From the NCBI GenBank assembly GCA_047947115.1, contig CP170459.1, positions 1,248,001 through 1,312,000 of the forward strand: a stretch of DNA of 64,000 nucleotides. The letters run 5' to 3'. Both the position numbers and the translations under genes were made by a program. This stretch comes from Verrucomicrobiota bacterium. Its GTDB lineage: Bacteria; Verrucomicrobiota; Verrucomicrobiia; Limisphaerales; AAA164-E04. Of the stretch, positions 18,548-27,778 are shown piece by piece (within the stretch, counting starts at the first letter, position 1; each line of letters opens with the position of its first letter). Under the pieces are notes generated by a model. That model had not been told where the DNA came from. It saw nothing but the letters and a program-made list of their open reading frames with translations, and ran no database searches.

Positions 18548-19642
18548 TTAACGACGCGGTGAATGATGGTTGCGTCTGTTTTTCTGTTGTTTTTGTTTGG
18601 CCTTGTCTTTGGAACCTTTTTTCGCCCCTTTTCCATGACGCAGGTTCTTCTTGTTTGATTTTCCATGATCCTGCCCGCGACCACGTTCCTTCAATCCGTG
18701 TTTCCTCGATCCTTTGCCCTCTCGTGATTTGAGGTTTTTACCTTTGTGATCATCTCGTTTGTTGTGTGAACGCATCCCGTCTGTATCCCTGCCCCGCTTG
18801 GAAGGGCCCCGATGCAGAGAGCGCCGGTCCTGGCCCGGACGTCCTCGTTCCGCCTGCAAGGCGCGGAATCTTTGTGAGTGCTGCATGGGGCGCATCATGG
18901 CGCCGCGCTGCATCGGACCGAAATGACGTGCCTGCATGGAGCGGAATGCTTGTCCACGTGAGAATTGCGGCCCGCGCGGACCTCTGTGATCCATGGATGG
19001 GCGGAATGCTGAACCCGGACGGTTCCGGCGCATTTGGAAAGGACCGTTTCCGCGTGAACTTTGTCCACGGCTTTGCATCCAGGGGGGGCCGTTTCGTTGA
19101 GGTCCTCTTTGTTGAGCACTTGGTGCCGGGCCTCGTCGGTCAGACTGACGATCATTTCCCATGTTACCCGGCCGATGCGCATCTCTTCGGGAGAGCTGGC
19201 TGTCAGGGCGAGCATCCCGGTTGGGAGTGTTGCTTGGTCGCATGCCCTGACCACCTCGGCGTCCCTCTGCCCGGGCGGGCGCTGCGTCACGCTGAGGGCG
19301 TTCGCGGTTTTCGGTGGGACGATCGGCACGTTGGTTGGGTGCATTTTGAGGTCGTTCATGGTCTGAGGGGGCATGGCGTGGTCCTATCCCCTGATCTCCC
19401 CGGTGTCCTTCGGCACGTGCCGGAGCGGCGTCACGCCGGGGGCGCTCGCGTTCACGATCCGGTCTTCGGGCTTGAGGTGTGTCCTGGACACGCTCGGTGT
19501 GTCGGTCCTGAATATGGTCGTCCCGGCGCGCTTCCCGCTCCTCGGATTGTGCCGCCAGGTTGTTCATGCTTCCGGTCATCAAGGCCAGAAAGAGTCCTGC
19601 CAGGCCTAAACCTTTGGTAATGGTGGTATTCTTTTTCATCAT
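18548..19642 (-). CDS. Secreted low-complexity Arg/Gln/Gly/Pro-rich hypothetical protein
   Basis: Signal peptide, duplicated RERPxRDAAPARAEGxRGxQG unit, Lys/Arg/His-rich tail. Confidence 0.65.
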   Translation of the reverse strand: MMKKNTTITKGLGLAGLFLALMTGSMNNLAAQSEEREARRDDHIQDRHTERVQDTPQARRPDRERERPRRDAAPARAEGHRGDQGIGPRHAPSDHERPQNAPNQRADRPTENRERPQRDAAPARAEGRRGGQGMRPSNTPNRDARPDSQLSRRDAHRPGNMGNDRQSDRRGPAPSAQQRGPQRNGPPWMQSRGQSSRGNGPFQMRRNRPGSAFRPSMDHRGPRGPQFSRGQAFRSMQARHFGPMQRGAMMRPMQHSQRFRALQAERGRPGQDRRSLHRGPSKRGRDTDGMRSHNKRDDHKGKNLKSREGKGSRKHGLKERGRGQDHGKSNKKNLRHGKGAKKGSKDKAKQKQQKNRRNHHSPRR

Positions 19643-19922
19643 TTTATTTCCTATACGAACACTTGTTGTTGTGTGAATAGGACAGACGTGTTGGTTTTAG
19701 GGTTGGTTACACGGTCTGAAATTTTTGATCTTCCTCCCGGGTGTGATCCCTGAAGGACATGACCTGACCGGTTTCATCCGGATCAGTTTATAAAGATAAA
19801 CATTGGAATCATCCTCCCGAAGTCGTATTCAATGGGCTTCCTGTCGAGGGATTTTGGTTTTTCCTCGGTTGAATGGAAGCAGTACAGCCTTATCAGGCTG
19901 ATGAGATTTAGTATTTGAGCAT

Positions 19923-21026
19923 ATGTTAAGAGCAGGCATTGTCGGACTCCCGAACGTTGGCAAATCAACCTTGTTCAACGCGATCACCCGAACCCGCAAG
20001 GCGGAATCGGCAAACTATCCATTCTGTACCATTGACCCGAATGTGGGGGTGGTGACGGTGCCGGATGATCGCTTGGAACCACTTCAGAAAATTGCCAAAA
20101 CCAGTGTTGTCATCCCGACGTCCTTCGAATTTGTGGATATTGCCGGATTGGTCAAAGGAGCAGCCCAAGGGGAAGGTCTGGGCAACAAGTTCTTGAGTCA
20201 TATTCGTGAAGTCGATGCCATTATCCAGGTCATCCGTTGTTTTGAGGATGAGGATATCCATCATGTTGCCGGCAGTATTGATCCGGTTCGGGATATTGAA
20301 ACTATTTTGACCGAACTGATCATGGCAGACATGGAGTCGGTCGAGAAGAGCATGAACCGCCGCGCCAAGGAAGCCAAGAAAGGCGACAAAACCGCCAAGG
20401 CAGAATACGCCGTTTTGGAAAAGGTATTGCCGCACCTGAATGACGGAAAACCGGCGCTTACGCTCGAGTTGACTCCCGACGAACAGGAAGTGTTGCATCC
20501 GTTTTTTCTGCTGACTTCCAAGCCCACCATTTTTGCGGCAAACGTCAAGGAAAGCGAATTGGCCGATGCCGAAAACAATCCGCACGTTGCCAAGGTTAAA
20601 CAGTACGCCAAGGAACATCATGCCTGCGAAACGGTAATCATCAGCGCTCAGATTGAGAGTGATCTGGTGGATTTGGATCCGGCCGAGGCTGAGGATTTCC
20701 TCAATGAAATGGGGGTTAAAGAATCCGGTGTGGGTTCCATGATCCGCAGCACGTACCATCTGCTGGGATTACGCACCTTTTTCACAGCCGGCGAAAAGGA
20801 AGTCCGAGCCTGGACCATCCATGAGGGAGACAAGGCTCCGCAGGCAGCCGGTGTGATTCATACCGATTTTGAGAGAGGCTTCATCAAAGCCGAAACCGTG
20901 GCCTACAAGGATCTCCTGGAGTGCGGTTCTATCGCCGTCGCACGCGAAAAAGGTCTTTATCGCATGGAAGGTAAAGAATATGTGGTGCAGGATGGTGATG
21001 TGATGTTGTTCAAATTCAACGTCTGA
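19923..21026 (+). CDS. ychF: Redox-regulated ATPase YchF
   Basis: GIVGLPNVGKSTLFN, ANYPFCTIDPN, DIAGLV, GVIHTDFERGFI and a TGS tail. Confidence 0.97.
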   Translation: MLRAGIVGLPNVGKSTLFNAITRTRKAESANYPFCTIDPNVGVVTVPDDRLEPLQKIAKTSVVIPTSFEFVDIAGLVKGAAQGEGLGNKFLSHIREVDAIIQVIRCFEDEDIHHVAGSIDPVRDIETILTELIMADMESVEKSMNRRAKEAKKGDKTAKAEYAVLEKVLPHLNDGKPALTLELTPDEQEVLHPFFLLTSKPTIFAANVKESELADAENNPHVAKVKQYAKEHHACETVIISAQIESDLVDLDPAEAEDFLNEMGVKESGVGSMIRSTYHLLGLRTFFTAGEKEVRAWTIHEGDKAPQAAGVIHTDFERGFIKAETVAYKDLLECGSIAVAREKGLYRMEGKEYVVQDGDVMLFKFNV

Positions 21027-21097
21027 GCCTCATTCCATGGTTGAAATGTAGGTGCGTGCGTAGGTGGCTGCAATTCCCGTAGAAGGGGAGTGGCGGC

Positions 21098-21514
21098 TTA
21101 CCCTGCCATGGCGCTTGTCTTTTTCCCGGCCTGGATGGTGCAGCGGCGTTTTTCGAGTTCGACCATCTGGATGGGGGACATACCATAGAATGTCTTCACT
21201 TCGGAAATAAAATGGCTGTAACGCTTGAATCCTAGGTAAACTGAGATGTGTTTTAACGGGAATCCTTCGCGTATCAGGTAGCGAGCACGGACCATACGCT
21301 GTTGTCTCAGCCAGTACTTGGGACTGACTCCCAGTGAATCATAAAACATACGTTCCATGTGGCGTGGAGTGAGCCCCAACACCTTGGACAACTGGCTCAC
21401 TTTGTATTCGCTTTGGAATGCCAGTTCAATCAGGTTCACCGACTGTTGAACCCGCTTGGGTGAATCGAACATGACTCTTCCATTTCTGATAACAATCATA
21501 ACGCTGATTTCCAA
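21098..21514 (-). CDS. AraC-family HTH-only transcriptional regulator
   Basis: LSKVLGLTPRHMERMF..LGVSPKYWLRQQRM..LGFKRYSHF..FYGMSP double HTH; no sensor domain. Confidence 0.85.
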   Translation of the reverse strand: MEISVMIVIRNGRVMFDSPKRVQQSVNLIELAFQSEYKVSQLSKVLGLTPRHMERMFYDSLGVSPKYWLRQQRMVRARYLIREGFPLKHISVYLGFKRYSHFISEVKTFYGMSPIQMVELEKRRCTIQAGKKTSAMAG

Positions 21515-22016
21515 TAAGTTATACCATCATGGACCAGAAGCTGAGGCTGACAATAAAAAACAGTACCAAAAATGCGACATTTTGTTCACTTAAAAAGTGT
21601 GGTCTCCTAATGAGATCCATTTCTCTTAGTATTCTCTCTTTTTTTTCTTGGAAAAATCGTATATAACAGACAAGTAATAGGTAAGTCTTGAATGGCTTGT
21701 CTAAAAGGAAGTTCAACTCTCCTGTTCAAGGGAGAGGCCGAGAACATAATTCTGTTGCTGGGCAACTACTTCATCATGATTGTGTTCTACATAAGAATCG
21801 TCTTCTGGGTTGTTACGACCTGTGGATTTTGGTCCGGGAATGCAGATGACGATTCGGTTTGATGTCCGTCTCCTCTTTGACCTTGGGCTGGATTTGCAAA
21901 CTGTTACAATCCTACTATTCGTTTTTTATGCCACTTCCCAGAAAGAAGGGTTCGGTGTGAGGTTACTTGATTCTGCAAAGTAGCTTGTAACAGGGATGAT
22001 TGCTCAATGAAAGATC

Positions 22017-23444
22017 ATGGAAGCAGCACAGAAAATAATTTCCGACGATGACAGTCTGGTCTTGTGTGTCAACAGCCAGGGGCACGAACTCCGTGCCACA
22101 CCGGTTCGGCTAACCCGACATCTCGTTGTTTTTGAAGTATATAATCCCTATAGTATATTACAGCTTTCTGAGGTACTGCAGGAATTCCAGATATATATCA
22201 ATCAACGCATGGTGTATTCCGGTCGCGCAGTGGTCAGCAATCTGGTCAATACCGGAATTTTTCTCGTATGCGAAGCATCAATGGACGAAGGATGGCTGGA
22301 TGTGGACCTTACCCGTCCGATCAAAGCAGCCAATGTGCTGCGTTCTGAGTTCGATCAGTTCATCGAGGAGTACAAGAAGCATGATCTGGTATTGCCTGAT
22401 TTCAAACTCGTTGTTGCGGACCTGCAGGGATTCCTTGTTGAACTGAGGCGTTGGCTTGAAAAGCTGGAGTTTGTCATCCGGTCCAATCCGAGTGGCGACC
22501 GTTACCACCAGGAAGTTGAGATTATCAATGATGTTCTCAACCCGGCCCTACCCATGCTGGCGGAGTATTTTGAACGGTTCGAGAAGGCTGCCCTGAGTGT
22601 GGACGGAAATCTGCAACCCGTTCATCGTTTTTATGTCCGAAGGCAGCTGCATCCCATCGTCCTGTGCGCCCCCTTCAGTTGGCGCACCTATACCAAGCCT
22701 CTTGGATATGCAGGCGATTACGAGATGGTGAACATGATGACCCGTCCTCCTTATGAGGGGAGTTCCTTGTTTGCAAAGATCCTGAACACGTTCTTTCTGA
22801 ATTCGGCTCCTGTGGTGGCGCATCAGAATCGCATCCATTACCTCAAGGAAAACCTCAAGAACGAGATCAAACGGGTTACTGAACAATACGGCAGAAAAGC
22901 CCGTATTTTCAATCTTGGATGCGGTCCCGCCAGGGAGCTGCAGGAATTGCTGGAAGATGATATTGCGGATCAGGCAGAGATCTTGTTGCTGGATTTCAAT
23001 GAGGAAACATTGAGGAACATTCAGCAGGTGTTTGGTGAGTTGGTCAACAAACACTGCAGGACGACGCAAATCACCACGCTGCTGAAAAGTGTGCACCAAG
23101 TGCTTAAAGAAGCTCACAAAGAAACCGATGAGTTCACTAAGAATCACTATGACGTCGTGTATTGTGCCGGTCTTTTTGACTATCTATCGGATCGTATCTG
23201 TAAGAGATTGACCGCCATCTTCTACGATTTGCTTGCGCCGGAAGGACTGATGATCACCACCAACGTGCATGCCAGTAATCCATCGCGCAAATGCATGGAG
23301 TTCATTTTGGATTGGCATCTGGTTTACCGTAACGACGAAACCTTCAGCAGCCTGAATCCGGATCAACTCCCTGATGGAGTCTCTTCTTTGGATCATGATT
23401 CGACAGGTGTGAACGTCTTCAATGTGGTCCGTAAACCAAAATGA
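22017..23444 (+). CDS. phcB: PhcB-like class I SAM-dependent methyltransferase (putative 3-hydroxy fatty acid methyl ester synthase)
   Basis: 475 aa; EVYNPYSILQLSEVL, AVVSNLVNTG, LHP..APF..RTYTKPLGYAGDYEMVN, AHQNRI, NLGCGPARE and YCAGLFDYLSD are motifs recalled from Ralstonia/Cupriavidus PhcB. Confidence 0.8.
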   Translation: MEAAQKIISDDDSLVLCVNSQGHELRATPVRLTRHLVVFEVYNPYSILQLSEVLQEFQIYINQRMVYSGRAVVSNLVNTGIFLVCEASMDEGWLDVDLTRPIKAANVLRSEFDQFIEEYKKHDLVLPDFKLVVADLQGFLVELRRWLEKLEFVIRSNPSGDRYHQEVEIINDVLNPALPMLAEYFERFEKAALSVDGNLQPVHRFYVRRQLHPIVLCAPFSWRTYTKPLGYAGDYEMVNMMTRPPYEGSSLFAKILNTFFLNSAPVVAHQNRIHYLKENLKNEIKRVTEQYGRKARIFNLGCGPARELQELLEDDIADQAEILLLDFNEETLRNIQQVFGELVNKHCRTTQITTLLKSVHQVLKEAHKETDEFTKNHYDVVYCAGLFDYLSDRICKRLTAIFYDLLAPEGLMITTNVHASNPSRKCMEFILDWHLVYRNDETFSSLNPDQLPDGVSSLDHDSTGVNVFNVVRKPK

Positions 23445-26218
23445 GACTTTCCCAACAAGTCCAACTGACCCCTGAGATGCATCGTGCCCAGATGGAGTAC
23501 GAAATGCCTCTGGTGGTTCAGAATTATCGGATTGCCTGTCTGTTCGGTATCATATTCATGCCTTTCGGAGGTGTGTTGGACTATCTGGTATATCCCAGGT
23601 ATCTCGAATACTTTTTATGGTTGAGGCTGGAATGTTCCGTTTTGCTGTGCATGATCTGGTGGTTGTTGGGCCAACCCTTTGGCAGAAAATTTTATCGCCC
23701 TCTCGGTCTCATTGAGGTCATTCTCCCCATCTTTTTTCTGTCATGGATGATTTTTGAAACCGAAGGCATGCATTCGGATTACTATGCCGGCATCAACCTT
23801 GTTTTGGTTGGTGTGGGGTTCCTGATGCGCTGGGGACTTGCCGACACCACTCGCATGGTGTTCATCAGCATTCTTCTTTATCTGGGGGCATGTCTTGCCC
23901 GGACCAACTCCATCTCCAGCCTTGGCGAGGCCAAGGATTTATTGTATTCACTCTATTTCATCGTCCTCACCGGGATCATCAGTATGACCGGCAATTTTCT
24001 CTACAATTTGAATCGCACACGCGAATTTGCCCTGCGCTTTGAATTGGATGAAAACCGGCGTCAGCTCGAAAAGAACAACCGAAAACTTCAGGAGCTGGAC
24101 CGGGTCAAGAATCGTTTCTTTGCCAATATCAGTCATGAGTTGCGCACCCCGTTGACGTTGTTGTTGACGCCCCTTGAGTCACTGATCGCCAAAGGGCAGA
24201 ACGCCTTTGCTCCAGACGTGCGTGAAACGCTGCATGCCATGCAGGCCAACGGTATGCGCCTGTTGAAATTGATCAACGATCTGCTGGACCTGGTGCGTCT
24301 GGAATCGGGCAAGTTGAAAATCACCGCCCAGGAAGTGAAGGTCGAGTCCTTCGTCAAGGGAATCATCGCTTCGGTGCGGAAAGCCGCCGAAGATCGCGGG
24401 ATCAAGGTTCAGGCGGATATTTATGATACCGAACTGGTGCTGCAAACCGATGGCGACAAGCTGGAAAAGGTTCTGTTGAACCTCATTTTCAATGCGGTGA
24501 AGTTTACCAGTCCGGGTGGTGTGGTTCGCGTGTCTGCTTATGCAGAGGAGGGGCAAGTAATCATCGAAGTAGCCGATACCGGGATCGGTATTCCGCAAGA
24601 AAGTCTGGCTTTTATTTTTGATCGATTCTGGCAAGTGGACAATTCAAGCAAGCGGAAACATCAAGGCGCGGGAATTGGTCTGGCATTGGTCAAAGAGTTT
24701 GTGGAACTCCTCAAAGGAACCGTGGATGTCAGAAGCGAGGAAGGAAAAGGCACCGAGTTTATTATGCGTTTTCCCACACGCCTGCAACAAGTGTCCGAAT
24801 CGGAAAAATTGTCCCAAGAAGCGGACGATTCAGAAGTCAGCGCTGCCCCCACGACAGGAGAAAAGGGTTCTCTACCTCTCCCTGTTGTCTCCACAGCTTC
24901 GGGCGACCAGGAGGAGGGTTCGGATGAAGACGACAACAAAGAGTGGTTGTCAAAACTATATCGCCGTGCGGAACTCTTCCCTGTTTCTTCATTGGAACCG
25001 ACCCGGGTTGGAAATGAGCTTCCGGTACGAGGGAAATCCCGCCCATTGTTGCTGGTGGCGGATGATGAACCCGATATGGTTCGATTCCTTCGCAGCCAAC
25101 TCGAGACACATTACGAAATCATGGAGGCACAGGATGGACAGGAAGCGATCGACAAGGCGCGGCAATTCCTTCCTGACATTATCCTGACCGACATGATGAT
25201 GCCGGAAAAGGACGGACTCCAGGTGTGTCAGGAATTGCGCCGAAACACTTCCACCGAGAACATTCCCATCATCCTGCTCACAGCACGCGTGGATGAAGAT
25301 ATCAAACTGTCGGCGCTGCAGTCGGGAGCAAGCGATTTTCTTACCAAACCTTTTTCACTGGCTGAAATCCATGTGCGCCTGAAAAATCTTTCCGACTCCT
25401 ATCTCTTTCAACGTTCGCTGGCTCGCCAGAAGAAAAAACTGGAAGTTACCCTGGAGGAACTGAAGGAAACTGAAACCCAACTGGTGCAATCCGAAAAGAT
25501 GGCCTCTCTGGGCAAGATGAGTGCCGGCATTCTCCACGAAATTAACAATCCCCTGAACTTTGCCAAAACAGGTTCCTACACCCTCCGGGAATTTGCCCAT
25601 CAACTCCCGGAACAGGATCGAGAGGATTTTCGCGATATCCTCAAGGATGTGGAAGAGGGCATTACGCGAGTATCTGAAATCGTGAAGGATTTGCGAGGTT
25701 TCAGCCATCCCGACAACGAGCAAAAAACGGGTGTTTCCGTGGAACTCGTGATCATGAAATCAATTCGCTTGTTGAGCAACGAAGTCAAGCACTTCGAAGT
25801 AAACGAGGATGTGCCGGAAGGCCTTGAAGTATACGGCAACGAGAATCAACTCGTGCAAGTGCTGGTAAATTTATTGCAAAATGCTTCCGATTCCTTAAAC
25901 TCCAAGGAATTCGCCGATGACACCGACGGTCCGACCATCCGGATCAAAGGATTCAAGGCGGACGGTCGCGTGCATCTCCTGGTGCGGGACAATGGTCAGG
26001 GTATTGATGATGCTCACCTCACTCGGATCTTCGATCCATTCTATACGACCAAAGATGTCGGGGAAGGAATGGGATTGGGGCTGAGTATTTGCTACAAAAT
26101 TATGGAAAATCACCAGGGCACGATCAAAGTAAAAACCGAACACCTCGCTTTTACTGAGTTTGATTTGATCTTTCCCGATCCGGATTCACTGGTGAACGAC
26201 AAAGATTCGACAGAATGA
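23441..26218 (+). CDS. PhcS-like membrane hybrid sensor kinase (TM-HK-REC-HK)
   Basis: About 6 TM helices; SHELRTPL with HATPase; REC (ADDEPD, TDMMMP, TKPF); second H-box HEINNPLN with HATPase; ATGA overlap with phcB. Confidence 0.9.
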   Translation: MRLSQQVQLTPEMHRAQMEYEMPLVVQNYRIACLFGIIFMPFGGVLDYLVYPRYLEYFLWLRLECSVLLCMIWWLLGQPFGRKFYRPLGLIEVILPIFFLSWMIFETEGMHSDYYAGINLVLVGVGFLMRWGLADTTRMVFISILLYLGACLARTNSISSLGEAKDLLYSLYFIVLTGIISMTGNFLYNLNRTREFALRFELDENRRQLEKNNRKLQELDRVKNRFFANISHELRTPLTLLLTPLESLIAKGQNAFAPDVRETLHAMQANGMRLLKLINDLLDLVRLESGKLKITAQEVKVESFVKGIIASVRKAAEDRGIKVQADIYDTELVLQTDGDKLEKVLLNLIFNAVKFTSPGGVVRVSAYAEEGQVIIEVADTGIGIPQESLAFIFDRFWQVDNSSKRKHQGAGIGLALVKEFVELLKGTVDVRSEEGKGTEFIMRFPTRLQQVSESEKLSQEADDSEVSAAPTTGEKGSLPLPVVSTASGDQEEGSDEDDNKEWLSKLYRRAELFPVSSLEPTRVGNELPVRGKSRPLLLVADDEPDMVRFLRSQLETHYEIMEAQDGQEAIDKARQFLPDIILTDMMMPEKDGLQVCQELRRNTSTENIPIILLTARVDEDIKLSALQSGASDFLTKPFSLAEIHVRLKNLSDSYLFQRSLARQKKKLEVTLEELKETETQLVQSEKMASLGKMSAGILHEINNPLNFAKTGSYTLREFAHQLPEQDREDFRDILKDVEEGITRVSEIVKDLRGFSHPDNEQKTGVSVELVIMKSIRLLSNEVKHFEVNEDVPEGLEVYGNENQLVQVLVNLLQNASDSLNSKEFADDTDGPTIRIKGFKADGRVHLLVRDNGQGIDDAHLTRIFDPFYTTKDVGEGMGLGLSICYKIMENHQGTIKVKTEHLAFTEFDLIFPDPDSLVNDKDSTE

Positions 26219-26238
26219 GACTTTAACAATCGGCAAAA

Positions 26239-27513
26239 ATGGACAACCTCTACGATTACAAAAAGTTTGCCATCCTCTATGTGGATGACGAAGAAAAGTC
26301 ACTGAAATACTTTCAACGAGCTTTCGGGACCAAATTTCGCGTGTTCGTCGCAACCAACGCCAAGGATGGTTACCGCGTATTCGAGGAACACCGCAATGAA
26401 ATCGGCATCCTCCTCACTGACCAACGCATGCCTGGTGAGAAAGGAGTACAACTTCTCGAAAAAGTGCGGGCTATCAAACCCAACGTCATCCGTATTCTGG
26501 TGACCGCCTACAGCGACTTTGAGGCCGCGATCGATGCCGTGAACACAGGGGCCATTTACAAATATATATCCAAACCCTGGGATGTTGCGGATCTGGAAAT
26601 CACTCTCCGGCGCGCCATGGAATTCTTCCTGGTGCATCATGAACGGGACCGCCTCATGCGCCAGAAGTTCACCGCTCTGCATAAAACCCTGATCCTCGAT
26701 CGTGTGGTTGGCCTGACCGTTCTTGCCTCCGGCATAGCGCGACTTTATCGGAACTCATTGGATGCGGTTCGGGCTTACATGGAGCTGGATTCGCAGAACC
26801 CTACCATGGACGACCTGCAGCTGTCCGAACTCAACAATCCGAACCTCTATCGCAAACTCTATATGCAGACGCGGGAACAGATCCACAGGGTGGTTAATGT
26901 CCTGCAACTGGAAGGATTCACTGAGAAGGAAGGTCCCAACGCGAGTTCGCTTGAAGAGACCCAACTGATCTCGGTGCTTCAAAACACACTGAAATCCTTC
27001 CAACCCCAGTTTCAGCAAAAAGGCATTGAAGTCGGATTTGAGACACTGCAAAACCCTGAAGTGATCGTCTCGGAAACCAAACGATTTCAGAAACTCCAGG
27101 ACCTGATCATCCAGAACCTGCTTCTGTACATTCCTGACAACACCAAAGTCAGAATCGTGGTATTCACCCAAAAAGCAGGTTCCAGTGGGACCAGTGTTTG
27201 CATCAGTGTGGAAGATGGATCCGATAAAACACCGATCTCCGGTACCCGAGCCATCCTGGACCCCTTCTTCACAACTGACGCCCTCCTGCATCACCTGGGA
27301 CTGAACCTGTTGGCCATATCGGTCCTGACCTATCACCTCGGAGGGAGTGTTGGGTACGATCAGGCACAAGGAGATTACTGCAACCGTTTACGAATCACGC
27401 TTCCGCTTAAACTGAGCTATCTCCCCGAAGAAACCACCGAAGTAGCGTCACTGGAGAAAGCCCTGATCAACGAGTCCCTATGGGAAACCGTGATCAGCCA
27501 GATGGAAAACTGA
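26239..27513 (+). CDS. PhcR-like response regulator (REC plus degenerate histidine-kinase-like domain)
   Basis: ILYVDDE, TDQRMPG, VTAYSD, KYISKPW; C-terminal kinase-like region with ILDPFFT but no H-box His. Confidence 0.8.
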   Translation: MDNLYDYKKFAILYVDDEEKSLKYFQRAFGTKFRVFVATNAKDGYRVFEEHRNEIGILLTDQRMPGEKGVQLLEKVRAIKPNVIRILVTAYSDFEAAIDAVNTGAIYKYISKPWDVADLEITLRRAMEFFLVHHERDRLMRQKFTALHKTLILDRVVGLTVLASGIARLYRNSLDAVRAYMELDSQNPTMDDLQLSELNNPNLYRKLYMQTREQIHRVVNVLQLEGFTEKEGPNASSLEETQLISVLQNTLKSFQPQFQQKGIEVGFETLQNPEVIVSETKRFQKLQDLIIQNLLLYIPDNTKVRIVVFTQKAGSSGTSVCISVEDGSDKTPISGTRAILDPFFTTDALLHHLGLNLLAISVLTYHLGGSVGYDQAQGDYCNRLRITLPLKLSYLPEETTEVASLEKALINESLWETVISQMEN

Positions 27514-27606
27514 CGGGAGCAACAAGAACCATTAACCAAACCCCGGCCGGGAGTCACTCTGCAAACCCGGTCGACCCGGTCCTTCACCGATCCCGGAAAC
27601 AGCCCT

Positions 27607-27647
27607 CTCTCAAGCCCGAAAGACGGGTTCGATTCCCGTACGTGCTG
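27607..27647 (+). pseudogene. 3' fragment of tRNA-Glu(CTC), possible att-site remnant
   Basis: CTCTCAA anticodon loop, GCCCG, AAAG, T-arm ACGGG-TTCGATT-CCCGT, ACGTGCT-G; no pairing 5' anticodon or acceptor strand upstream. Confidence 0.7.
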
Positions 27648-27778
27648 ACATTTTTTGTTCTGGGCTCACATGAGGGGTTACGGTGAGAAGATGGTCCGTT
27701 GGGAGGAAACCTTTCCCTCGACTTCCCATGGATGGTTTGCTAGTTGTTTCCACGTCTGGTGCTGCCAACATATTTATC

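Noticed and set aside
18766..19620. 284-aa plus-strand ORF as the real gene
   Set aside because: It has no signal or motif; the minus-strand frame has a clear signal peptide and a coherent repeat.
27570..27650. Intact tRNA-Glu gene
   Set aside because: There is no 5' acceptor strand complementary to ACGTGCT, no D-arm and no 5' anticodon stem; reported as a fragment instead.
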